Part shown: one piece after another, positions 39,029-47,695 of the stretch
Position numbering within the stretch: the first letter of the stretch is position 1
Layout of the letters: every line of letters starts with the position of its first letter
Virus record (IMG/VR): IMGVR_UViG_3300032268_000986
Location: 186,001 to 250,000 of that record
Length of the DNA: 64,000 nt
Reading direction: 5' to 3' (one strand)
The notes under the pieces: model-generated
Told to the model about the DNA's origin: nothing
Database searches by the model: none
The model's input: only the letters and a program-made list of their open reading frames with translations
Position numbers and translations under genes: made by a program

Positions 39029-39029
39029 C

Positions 39030-39314
39030 TTACATGCTCCAATAAGTTTCGCTGGCAGGATTGCACGACCAAGGAGTGTCACGATCAATTTGAATGTCCT
39101 TGCCGGTCATCAAGTTTTTCACTGTCTTCATTGTGGCATGGTATTCAAACCTCCAGCCCCGAGTAGCAGGGTAGAGATCATAGAGCTCGTTGCATTCACG
39201 ACGCATGCCAGCTTCATCACGATCACGCCACACTGTGGTGGAAAACAGTCGCTCGCCCGACTTGGTGCGACGATCTGTTTTGTAAATGTACACGGTGTAA
39301 TCTTGCTTGCTCAT
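39030..39314 (-). CDS. hypothetical early protein
   Basis: D.RTKSGER ... VKNLMTG...DTPWSCNPASETYWSM; RBS and promoter 39345-39373. Confidence 0.75.
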   Translation of the reverse strand: MSKQDYTVYIYKTDRRTKSGERLFSTTVWRDRDEAGMRRECNELYDLYPATRGWRFEYHATMKTVKNLMTGKDIQIDRDTPWSCNPASETYWSM

Positions 39315-39344
39315 TTGGGGCTCCTTGTTGCTGTCTATGTGTAT

Positions 39345-39373
39345 ATTATAGCAAATTGGGAATATTTGGTCAA
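39345..39373 (-). promoter_or_regulatory. repeated early promoter
   Basis: TTGACC-17-TATAAT. Confidence 0.8.
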
Positions 39374-39597
39374 CCAAAATAGCGCCAGGCCAGTCCGGCC
39401 AGGCCCGTGGCCAACATCACACCATTGGTGACAATGAGACTGGGTTCACGCCAGTGTATACTGACCCCCAGCCAAATGGCACCACCTGCTGCCAGAATCA
39501 ACGGGCCCTCGGGATAGAATCCCATGCTGTTCACCGCAGTGCCCACGATCAAGGTAGCTGTTGCCACCCACTTTGCATACCAATCAAGTTTTTTCAT
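39370..39597 (-). CDS. small 3-TM membrane protein
   Basis: hydrophobic; promoter TTGACT-17-TATAAT at 39606-39634. Confidence 0.65.
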   Translation of the reverse strand: MKKLDWYAKWVATATLIVGTAVNSMGFYPEGPLILAAGGAIWLGVSIHWREPSLIVTNGVMLATGLAGLAWRYFG

Positions 39598-39736
39598 ATG
39601 TGTATATTATAGCAAATTAGGCCATTTCAGTCAACCGGATAAAATTAGTGATTTAGTACTAATCTCAGTAGAAACCATGAGTTTTTGTGCAGTGCAACAT
39701 CATCTCATGGTAAATACTAGCACAAGGAGAAAAACT

Positions 39737-39910
39737 ATGTCACAATTTATGATGCAATTACTGGAAAGATTGGCCGAAATGTTTCCCCGGCAAAATTACC
39801 AAAGTCGCCTGGATCAATATTTGACCTCAAAGCACGTACAAAACGTTGCTGATGTTGAATACTGGACACGTCAGTACGAACAAAATTCTGAATGGAGCAG
39901 ATCACTATGA
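39737..39910 (+). CDS. small protein (DUF3563-like)
   Basis: AAGGAG RBS, TAAATA at 39711; ..LD.YL......DVE...R pattern. Confidence 0.55.
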   Translation: MSQFMMQLLERLAEMFPRQNYQSRLDQYLTSKHVQNVADVEYWTRQYEQNSEWSRSL

Positions 39911-40029
39911 AAAATACAGTGCAATACATCTGGAACTTTTTTCAAGGATTTTTCACTGCCATCATTGAAGCCCGTCAACTGCAAGCAGATGCCATGATCA
40001 AACGTGGTGGATTCTGCGATTACTCGTAA
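39907..40029 (+). CDS. small amphipathic protein (40 aa)
   Basis: MKNTVQYIWNFFQGFFTAIIEARQLQADAMIKRGGFCDYS; ATGA coupling. Confidence 0.5.
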   Translation: MKNTVQYIWNFFQGFFTAIIEARQLQADAMIKRGGFCDYS

Positions 40030-40042
40030 ATCCCGTGTGGCA

Positions 40043-40294
40043 TCAACGATGCGGGGTCAACAACCAACCTTGGCCCGACGCTCGATGATACCAGTTGTAG
40101 AATGGTTCAGAGATGGTCAATGTTCCGTGCGTGGACAAATGCCAATATTTAGGCAATACCTCAATGTTGTCAATGATGACAGAGTCATCTGCATTGAAAA
40201 TCAAATTGTCATGTAGATTGGCCATGGTGGCAACTCCATTCACCACAACATTTAATTCTAACTCAGTAGCCAGCAGTTCTGAAAAGTTCTTCAT
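40043..40294 (-). CDS. hypothetical protein
   Basis: PFY.WYH..SGQGWLL.P; follows the radical SAM gene. Confidence 0.6.
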   Translation of the reverse strand: MKNFSELLATELELNVVVNGVATMANLHDNLIFNADDSVIIDNIEVLPKYWHLSTHGTLTISEPFYNWYHRASGQGWLLTPHR

Positions 40295-41537
40295 ATTGGG
40301 GCAGGTATGTTAGTATGCTGTTGCCGCGGCTGGTTTCAATACGCTTCAAGTATGTCACCAACTCGGGCAATCTAAAACTTTCATCACCTTCACTTTTTAA
40401 ATAGTTTACATAACTTTGCAAGTCTTGTATTATGTGTTGTCGGGACACATTTGGATTTCGACTGTTCACAATGGTTGGGACAACCGTGCCATGCTGAGCA
40501 ATCCAGGACTCCATGCGATCAATAATGGGCTGGCGATAAATCATGGGCAACACTGACGGGCGCATGCACTCGGGATGATCCAAAAAATTGCAACTTTCAA
40601 TTGCTATCGATCGTTCCCAGGCATACTGGTACACACTAAGCAACGAGTCAATGGTCAATATTGTAGGAGTGGTACGGAACTGCATCAACCAATCATGCTG
40701 TTGTGCAATGGCCAACCACTTGTTCAGTGTTTCATGTATCTTGGGCACAGTGGCAGGCCAACGCACATAGTCATTTACAGTTTCAAATGTTTCAATACTC
40801 ATTCCAAGATTGACGCCGGCAAATTGCGTCAGCAGATCAACTGTTTGCTGATCCCATGTAATGAGATTTGTGGTAAATCCAATGGTGGCCGTGCGGTGTA
40901 TACCTGTTTGGATCAGTGCTTCCAGCATGGTTTTAAAAGCTGGTGTGATCAAGGTTTCGCCACCAATAAAATGTAGATATTGAATGTGAGGGCTTGCCCG
41001 AAGCATGGCAACAAATCGATCCACCAGCACTGGGTCATCGGTCCAATTTGCTCTTGGCAGTTGATCAATAAAACCTATGCGTTTCCACTCACTGGCCAAT
41101 CTTGAGCTGGCCACAGGAGTACAAAAAATACAGGCACTGTTGCAATAGTTCCCAAGATCTATCTGCCAATCTTGTGGAAACTGCACAAATTCTTGAGAGG
41201 TAAATGTATCAAACCAAGGACTTGATGCCATGGTTTTTTCAAACTGATCAACACGCACACCGGTCTTGAGTAATTGTCGTTGTCGGCCACTGATCTTGTT
41301 GTGACCTTCCATTTGATAGCACTTTTTGCATGCCTCTACTGGTTGGCCTTGTAGCATACGTGCCCGGATGTCTGACATGTGTTGCTGAAAAAACTCCACA
41401 GGATCGCTGTCACGTATATTGATCTTGGCAACTATATTCTTGTCTGCCCAACGGCAATAGGTCATGTCACCATTGTTTGTGATCCGCATGTGAAACCATG
41501 GGCTGGGACAAAAATATTGTTTTAAATCGTTAGGCAC
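40263..41537 (-). CDS. radical SAM protein with N-terminal SPASM/twitch-like domain
   Basis: CNSACIFC (CxxxCxxC), GGE motif, N-terminal CPSPW..C..C..C. Confidence 0.88.
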   Translation of the reverse strand: MPNDLKQYFCPSPWFHMRITNNGDMTYCRWADKNIVAKINIRDSDPVEFFQQHMSDIRARMLQGQPVEACKKCYQMEGHNKISGRQRQLLKTGVRVDQFEKTMASSPWFDTFTSQEFVQFPQDWQIDLGNYCNSACIFCTPVASSRLASEWKRIGFIDQLPRANWTDDPVLVDRFVAMLRASPHIQYLHFIGGETLITPAFKTMLEALIQTGIHRTATIGFTTNLITWDQQTVDLLTQFAGVNLGMSIETFETVNDYVRWPATVPKIHETLNKWLAIAQQHDWLMQFRTTPTILTIDSLLSVYQYAWERSIAIESCNFLDHPECMRPSVLPMIYRQPIIDRMESWIAQHGTVVPTIVNSRNPNVSRQHIIQDLQSYVNYLKSEGDESFRLPELVTYLKRIETSRGNSILTYLPQYEELFRTAGY

Positions 41538-42123
41538 GTTGTGAAATTACTTTGTCAGCAAGACCGTAGGCCACAGCTTCATCGGCACTCATGAAAAAGT
41601 CTCGCTCCATGTCAATACTTAGTTGTTCGTAGGTTTTGCCCGCAGTATTGTGTTTGACATAGATCTCGGTCAAGTACTCTTTCATTTTCTGAATTTCACG
41701 AGCTTGAATCTGAATATCAGTTGCTTGACCACGAGCACCACCTGATGGTTGGTGAATCATGTGTCGTGCATTGGGCAGTATCATGCGCTTGCCCGCGGCG
41801 CCGGCTGTACCCAGCAAGCTACCCATGGAACAGGCCTGTCCCATGACAATGGTTTGAACATCGCATTTGATAAACTGCATGGTGTCATAGATGGCCATGC
41901 CTGCTGTGACTGACCCACCAGGTGAGTTGATGTATAACGAGATATCTTTGTCAGGATTCTCACTTTCCAAAAACAACATTTGTGCTATTAACAAACTGGC
42001 TGTGTGTTCTGAAACTTCTGTGTCCAGCATGATCACACGGTCTCTCAATAGTCGGCTGTAGATGTCATAACTGCGTTCGCCTTTGGCGGTGTGTTCAAGC
42101 ACAATTGGTACTAGATTTGGCAT
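41530..42123 (-). CDS. clpP: ATP-dependent Clp protease proteolytic subunit
   Basis: [31 protein letters not shown]. Confidence 0.96.
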   Translation of the reverse strand: MPNLVPIVLEHTAKGERSYDIYSRLLRDRVIMLDTEVSEHTASLLIAQMLFLESENPDKDISLYINSPGGSVTAGMAIYDTMQFIKCDVQTIVMGQACSMGSLLGTAGAAGKRMILPNARHMIHQPSGGARGQATDIQIQAREIQKMKEYLTEIYVKHNTAGKTYEQLSIDMERDFFMSADEAVAYGLADKVISQRA

Positions 42124-42173
42124 GGGTTCTCCTGTTTATTAGATAAGTATAACACTATTCTTGGAATAAAACA

Positions 42174-43757
42174 ATGCGTGACCTACTCAATTTACTCGAC
42201 AATGTACTAACTGAAGAAAATCTAGGGGCCAAAGAAATACCCGCTAGAAAAATGTCTACATTTACAGATCCCAAAACCAAAAAACAATTAAATCGAGCTG
42301 AGTTGTTTTTGTGGAAAGTCAAAAACAGATCACCTTTTGAACTGGTTGCAGGCGGATCAGTTGTGATTGACCCCAAGGAAGCACAAAATGTTGCCACTTG
42401 GATTATGACTGGTCCCACGGGTGTCATATCAATGCGCACCGCAGATGGTGGCACAGTAAAAAATACACAACTACAAAAGACTGGAGAATTTGGTAGTAAA
42501 GAAGCCGAACTTCTCAAAGTCAAGCCCAGTGACATTTTTCAAACAGACGAAAAAACTGAAGTGGCTGACCTAGGTAACAATATTAACGCACTGCTACAAG
42601 CCGGCGGTTTCCCTGCGTCTGAAATGTATAATGCGATTGCTGATAACCCGGCCCTGAAGTCCATGGGAAAACTGGGCGATGCAATAATTTACATGGCCAA
42701 TCAAGCCAACAACGGACAGGTCCCACAATTCCCAGACAACCTCACCAAGGATCAAACCAAGGCAATTGAACTATACGCCAGCGAGTATATTGGTGTGTTG
42801 GGCCTGGTCAGCGGAGCAGTGCCGTTCATGCGCGGTTCTCGAGAAGAATTTGAAGGATTTGTTGGTGGCGATCTCAAGAACATGATTATGTTTTTTCCCA
42901 AGGCATCCAACAATCCCTTGGCCGACAGTTTTAGTGTGGTGAATGATGAAACTGGACATGCTGTCAAGATCTCCAGCAAGGCCGGGGGTACTGGTGCTCC
43001 GCCCAGTCTGGGCAGTATGAAATTTCCTGCCGACGTGCAGAAAAAATATCCCGAAGCCACCAAGTTCCTGGCCCAGGCGCAGGACTCGTCGTTGAGTGCA
43101 TTTACTCAACCATTTGTCTTGATGAACTACCTGTACGAAATCAATCCCAACAAGGTGCCCAAGGCATATCGCAATCTAATGCCATTTACCCCGGCCTTGG
43201 TCAGCCAACTTGAAAGCAATATGAAATCTGACCAACCCGTTCCACGAGCCATCATGCGACAGTTTGAAAAACAGTTGAGTGAAAAGGTTCTTTACGGTGA
43301 TGCCACAGATGGTGGCAAAGCATGGTATGCTGTGATTCAAGACGTGATGCGAGCTGTCAACACTGACCGTGCTGTGCCCGAACTACGTGCTGCCTTGATT
43401 GAAAGTCTGGGCTACAACTTTGTTCAGCTGTATACCAAAGTCAAGGGCGGAAAACTAATAACTGAAGCATTTTGGCCTGCAAAGATTTCCGGACAGGTCA
43501 AACTCAAAAGCAAGGGATCAGCTGGCGAACTCAAGGGCAAAATGAGTGTGGAAATATCACCAGGTGGCGAGGACTTGTACGATCCTTACAATCTTGACGA
43601 CAAACGTGGTGACCTTGGCAGTATGGACAACACTGACGACACTGAAAAACTAGACCAAGTTACCAACAGCCCACGTCTGACTGGTCCCGGAGCGCAGGCC
43701 AGTAAAAAGTCTGATCCAGACTACAGTGAAAAAACTCTGGGCAGACGAAAAAAGTAA
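42174..43757 (+). CDS. late-expressed protein with PD-(D/E)xK-like motif
   Basis: TAAGTA upstream; NPLADSF...VKISSK; N-terminal MRDLLNLLDNVLTEE. Confidence 0.55.
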   Translation: MRDLLNLLDNVLTEENLGAKEIPARKMSTFTDPKTKKQLNRAELFLWKVKNRSPFELVAGGSVVIDPKEAQNVATWIMTGPTGVISMRTADGGTVKNTQLQKTGEFGSKEAELLKVKPSDIFQTDEKTEVADLGNNINALLQAGGFPASEMYNAIADNPALKSMGKLGDAIIYMANQANNGQVPQFPDNLTKDQTKAIELYASEYIGVLGLVSGAVPFMRGSREEFEGFVGGDLKNMIMFFPKASNNPLADSFSVVNDETGHAVKISSKAGGTGAPPSLGSMKFPADVQKKYPEATKFLAQAQDSSLSAFTQPFVLMNYLYEINPNKVPKAYRNLMPFTPALVSQLESNMKSDQPVPRAIMRQFEKQLSEKVLYGDATDGGKAWYAVIQDVMRAVNTDRAVPELRAALIESLGYNFVQLYTKVKGGKLITEAFWPAKISGQVKLKSKGSAGELKGKMSVEISPGGEDLYDPYNLDDKRGDLGSMDNTDDTEKLDQVTNSPRLTGPGAQASKKSDPDYSEKTLGRRKK

Positions 43758-43759
43758 AA

Positions 43760-44332
43760 TCATCGACGACTTATTTCGCTGATGGAGTCACACACATTTA
43801 GCGCCAGGGCTTCTTCGGCACTGAGCCACACATCATGTGGTGGCAACAGAGTTTTGCGTATTTCTTCTTGGCCAAGTCCAGTGCAGGCCTCGTAGTGTGC
43901 CAGCATGCGTTTGTGTGTGAGTTCAAACTCTTTCATGGTGGCAAACAGTTCATGTGCTTTGCCGTCTGACCCCCAGCTAAATTGATGACTCAAGATAGAT
44001 GTGTTGGGTGTCAGCACACGTCGGCCAGCGGTGCCTGCTAGAAAAATCAACAGGCCAGCTGATGCAATAGTGCCCAATCCCACGGTCTTGATTGGTATGT
44101 TGCTACTGTGCATGACGTCAATCAAGGCAAAGGCCGCGGACACATCTCCGCCTTCACTACAGATCATCAACAGCAATTCTTTGCGTTTTTTCTTGTTGAT
44201 GAAATTTTCATGCAAAACCCACTCGATTATGGGACGAATGCTTTCAGTGTCTACTGCGCCCATGAACACATACATGCCTGCATCCGCAAGCTGTTGACTG
44301 TGTGAATTTGTGGTTTCTGTTTCTGCTGTCAT
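43760..44332 (-). CDS. second, divergent ClpP-family protease
   Basis: ICSEGG, IASAG, ILSHQ, DVWLSAEEA. Confidence 0.85.
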   Translation of the reverse strand: MTAETETTNSHSQQLADAGMYVFMGAVDTESIRPIIEWVLHENFINKKKRKELLLMICSEGGDVSAAFALIDVMHSSNIPIKTVGLGTIASAGLLIFLAGTAGRRVLTPNTSILSHQFSWGSDGKAHELFATMKEFELTHKRMLAHYEACTGLGQEEIRKTLLPPHDVWLSAEEALALNVCDSISEISRR

Positions 44333-44352
44333 TGCATGCCCGTTTTTGGTAT

Positions 44353-45387
44353 TTAGCGACACTGGGATCTCCTGACTACATTAACTTCTGCTGAAGTGAC
44401 CTGTTCAATTTGATCAATTCCTATTTTTAATACTACATTTAATGTTTCTTTGCCTTGAATCTGGATGCGTCGGCTGCCAATCTCATTGAGATAACGGCTG
44501 CGATATTCACTCTGATCCAGCTCGGCTGCTGAGAAGCAGTACACCCGATCTCGACCCGTGGTGGTCTGCAGGGTCAAGCGATACATGGGTTCAGAATGCA
44601 CCATGTGACGGCGCATGATGTGCCAGGCCTGATCATCGTTGAACCAAGCACCGGGATTGTCGGCCACTAGATTTATATCCAGCACAATGCTGGCCGGCGC
44701 TGAGGCACAAGAATTTAGACCCGGATTGCATCGTGGGTACTGATTGATTGTATGCAGGGTATCTTGCATGGCTTGAATAAACTTCTTGTTCCAGGAAATG
44801 CGAAACGGAACCAAAAGATGTGCTTGTCGATTGCTGTCAAAATCCACCTTGACCGGTTGCAATCGCAGATCAAACGCTCGAGCAGGATAATCCTGCATCA
44901 CAGTGTTCAGCACCTGGTCGGCGCCCTGGCGTTGTTGCACAAGGGATCCGATTTGCACAGCCACACGATCACCGTTGATCTGTCCTGCTGTGGCACTGTT
45001 GTTGAGCAATCGGTTGGCAATGGCATTGTGAGCCACCCAGACTTCCATGACCACTCGCACGGATCTGCCCTGGTCCACACGCTCAACAATGTTGTAACGA
45101 TCAACCACACCTGAACTGTAGTTGATGATGTCTTCGCGCCCAATGCGATTGTTGCGCATCTCAGTTTCATTCAGCACCACAGTGCCCACAGCCTGCTCAA
45201 CTGCTAGCCTAAACGCCTGTTGCCGAGCCTGCTCAAAGTTGGGTGCTGTGGCTTCGACCTTGATGTAGTACACTGGCACTCGATCCAAGACCAAGTACTG
45301 TGCCGCAGTCAGCACCAGCCCTGCCACCTGAGCCTGAGCAGTGGCTGTTGCTGTGGCCAGCAACAGAGCCGCAAAATAGCGTTTCAT
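44353..45387 (-). CDS. secreted protein (FlgT-N/LPP20-like N-terminus)
   Basis: signal peptide; A...A...AVEQAVGT.V..ET. Confidence 0.55.
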   Translation of the reverse strand: MKRYFAALLLATATATAQAQVAGLVLTAAQYLVLDRVPVYYIKVEATAPNFEQARQQAFRLAVEQAVGTVVLNETEMRNNRIGREDIINYSSGVVDRYNIVERVDQGRSVRVVMEVWVAHNAIANRLLNNSATAGQINGDRVAVQIGSLVQQRQGADQVLNTVMQDYPARAFDLRLQPVKVDFDSNRQAHLLVPFRISWNKKFIQAMQDTLHTINQYPRCNPGLNSCASAPASIVLDINLVADNPGAWFNDDQAWHIMRRHMVHSEPMYRLTLQTTTGRDRVYCFSAAELDQSEYRSRYLNEIGSRRIQIQGKETLNVVLKIGIDQIEQVTSAEVNVVRRSQCR

Positions 45388-46004
45388 TATCGGCCGAACC
45401 GGCTGCGAAAGTAATCGGCTGCTTGCTCGCTGTCACGATCCCAGCGAATGGTCACGGACACTTCTTGTATGCCAGTGATATCTTCACGAGTCTTGCGGAA
45501 ACCACGCAAGATGGTCTGTGCATTGCTACGCACATTTTCAGTGAGTTCGACCACGGTGTCGTTGTTGTTCTCACGCAAGGAGACCTTGTTGGCTTCCTGG
45601 TCAGTCATGGCCACTGTTTGGCCATTGTCATTGCCCGAACGCACTCGGTCCTGTGCTTTTTCAAGATTCTTGGCAATCACATTCTTGACCTGTGTGGTAG
45701 TGATCTGTTCATTCAAGAATCGTGCCACCTGTGCCTTGGCCCTGAGTTCAGCGCGAGTCAGCGCAGACTTGCGGTTGGTAGCAGTACCACCAAAGCTGGA
45801 ATCAGTGCCCACTACTTCCAAGGCAACAATTTCACAGTTGGTCTTGGACCAACTGAACCATGCGCACTTGGTTTCAATCTTGATGTTCTCGCCAACAAAA
45901 CTAGTGGCTAGTTTTTGTTCGCTGATGGGTCCAGTTTGTTTGCCAGTAGAACTACAGCCGGCCAAGATGGCCACAGCAACTAGGGAAAGAGCAAGGTGTT
46001 TCAT
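45387..46004 (-). CDS. lipoprotein (LPP20-like)
   Basis: lipobox LAGC; A..RA...A..A.F; promoter 46034-46062. Confidence 0.7.
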   Translation of the reverse strand: MKHLALSLVAVAILAGCSSTGKQTGPISEQKLATSFVGENIKIETKCAWFSWSKTNCEIVALEVVGTDSSFGGTATNRKSALTRAELRAKAQVARFLNEQITTTQVKNVIAKNLEKAQDRVRSGNDNGQTVAMTDQEANKVSLRENNNDTVVELTENVRSNAQTILRGFRKTREDITGIQEVSVTIRWDRDSEQAADYFRSRFGR

Positions 46005-46058
46005 AACTGTCCTTTTGAGTTTAACATGTTAGTATTGTAAGTGAATTTGAATTATTGG

Positions 46059-46214
46059 TCAACCAGAATCTGCATCGCGATTCTGATGTTTGGGTTTGCG
46101 CCGGTACTCGGTCTTGCTCTTTTCCACACGACCGCGAAACGGCAAGTCTCGATCAAACAAGGCTCGATGAGCACGTTGCTTTACAGGCGGCAGTGTGAAT
46201 TGGATTGGCTTCAT
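46059..46214 (-). CDS. ArfA-like small basic protein (51 aa, absent from the ORF track)
   Basis: MKPIQFTLPPVKQRAHRALFDRDLPFRGRVEKSKTEYRRKPKHQNRDADSG; own promoter 46224-46252. Confidence 0.6.
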   Translation of the reverse strand: MKPIQFTLPPVKQRAHRALFDRDLPFRGRVEKSKTEYRRKPKHQNRDADSG

Positions 46215-46271
46215 AATGCAGTAATTATAGCAAATTGGGAATTATTGGTCAATCAGACCAGTGTTGTGTTT

Positions 46272-46499
46272 TTACAACCCCACATGTTTTTTGATCACAT
46301 AACGAGCAATTTTCTCGTCAAAGTACATGCGAACACCGTCACGCTCAGGCTCGTTGGCTACCATTTCGCCCAACTCTGTGGCCAAGGCATGTGTGAATCG
46401 AGTCAGAATGGCCTGGGTATCTTCCATCTGATCCAAGGGATCTCGATCTAGGATTTCTGCAAATTTGCCGATAAGTTCTTGTACGTTTGAGTGCATCAT
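46272..46499 (-). CDS. hypothetical early protein
   Basis: AAGGAG RBS; promoter 46530-46558. Confidence 0.7.
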   Translation of the reverse strand: MMHSNVQELIGKFAEILDRDPLDQMEDTQAILTRFTHALATELGEMVANEPERDGVRMYFDEKIARYVIKKHVGL

Positions 46500-46558
46500 G
46501 TTGGGCTCCTTTTTGTCAATCTATGCTATATTATAGCAAATTAGGAATATTTGGTCAA

Positions 46559-46586
46559 GAAAAACCCTGCTTTAAGCAGGGTTTTT
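46559..46586 (-). terminator. rho-independent terminator
   Basis: AAAACCCTGCT/AGCAGGGTTTT. Confidence 0.75.
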
Positions 46587-46605
46587 GCAAGGTAGTACTT
46601 GAGTA

Positions 46606-46881
46606 TTACTTTTTAGCTGTTTGTGCTGTGTAGGCTTTCATGATACCTTCGCCAAACTTGACATAGTCAAACTTGGTGGCTTCTTGCATGGCTTTCACAG
46701 TTTCACTGGCCACTGTGGCGGCAGCATCTGTGGTGGCCTTGACGGCTTTTTTGGTGTAGTCAGCTTGAGAGTCAATGAACTTGATCATGGCTTCTTTGGC
46801 TGCTTCGTTTGTGACAAAGGTGTTGACAAAAGTCTTTTTACCGGTTTGAACGGTGTCGATGAATGCGTCTGCTGTAAACAT
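46606..46881 (-). CDS. phasin-like amphipathic helical protein
   Basis: Ala/Lys/Thr-rich helical composition; strong RBS; TGC-N-GCA box in the promoter. Confidence 0.5.
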   Translation of the reverse strand: MFTADAFIDTVQTGKKTFVNTFVTNEAAKEAMIKFIDSQADYTKKAVKATTDAAATVASETVKAMQEATKFDYVKFGEGIMKAYTAQTAKK

Positions 46882-47031
46882 AGTGTTCTCCTTAATTAAG
46901 CAAGTTTACTATAGGACCCGGCCTATCCAGCGCCCTATGTATTATTGTAACATTATTTATGCTGCTCTGCAACATTTTTTAAAAAATAAATTAGTAGCCG
47001 ATCACTAAATACTTGTGCAAGGAGACAAACA

Positions 47032-47385
47032 ATGTTTGCAAAAATCAAAGAGTTATTTTTTGGAAAGCCAGCACCGATCAGTGCAGAAGCCCCGTACAAA
47101 GTCGAAGCGCCTGAGCCGTTACCCGAAGTCAAAACCGAAATCAAGAGTGATGGTGGTACATGGCCATTCCCTACCATGGCGCCAGTTGCGGAAAGCACAA
47201 CCTACAAAGTGCCCGAGCCAGCGGCTACCACACCAATCCCATTGGTACCAGAAAAGTCTGTGGCTTCCACTAAACCTGCCAAAAAAGCACCTGCCAAAAA
47301 AGCACCTGCCAAAAAAGCACCTGCCAAAAAGTCCAGTGCAGCCAAAGCAGCCGCCAAGCCCCGCGCTAAAAAATCTCCCAAATAA
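47032..47385 (+). CDS. histone H1-like Lys/Ala/Pro-rich protein
   Basis: KKAPA repeats; AAGGAG RBS; TAAATA upstream. Confidence 0.7.
   Translation: MFAKIKELFFGKPAPISAEAPYKVEAPEPLPEVKTEIKSDGGTWPFPTMAPVAESTTYKVPEPAATTPIPLVPEKSVASTKPAKKAPAKKAPAKKAPAKKSSAAKAAAKPRAKKSPK
47274..47330 (+). repeat. 15-bp tandem repeat x3
   Basis: AAAAAAGCACCTGCC at 47281, 47296 and 47311. Confidence 0.9.
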
Positions 47386-47408
47386 AAAGGAGCCCGGGGC
47401 TCCTTTTT
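47385..47408. terminator. bidirectional terminator
   Basis: AAAAGGAGCCC/GGGCTCCTTTT between convergent genes. Confidence 0.8.
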
Positions 47409-47695
47409 TACATCATCATTCTAACCAGGCCAACTGTGTCTATTGTGGTCAGCAATAGATAGTTAGCCAGCATGCCAAAAGATTTCCTAGTCCAACTAGC
47501 CCAAGCATACATGGCACAGCCAAGAATCCAAACAGGATAAAGAGCAAGAAGCGGAGGCGTGGGGACTGTGAGTGCCATAGTAACACTGCAACCAATGCTA
47601 GCAGCCCAAGCAAGCAACTCAATAACAAAGCGAACTCGGTTAGATCTAAAATCATCTCGTATCCAATCAAAGGTGGGTTTTAAAAGTGTGTTCAT
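47408..47695 (-). CDS. small multi-TM membrane protein
   Basis: three hydrophobic helices. Confidence 0.7.
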   Translation of the reverse strand: MNTLLKPTFDWIRDDFRSNRVRFVIELLAWAASIGCSVTMALTVPTPPLLALYPVWILGCAMYAWASWTRKSFGMLANYLLLTTIDTVGLVRMMM

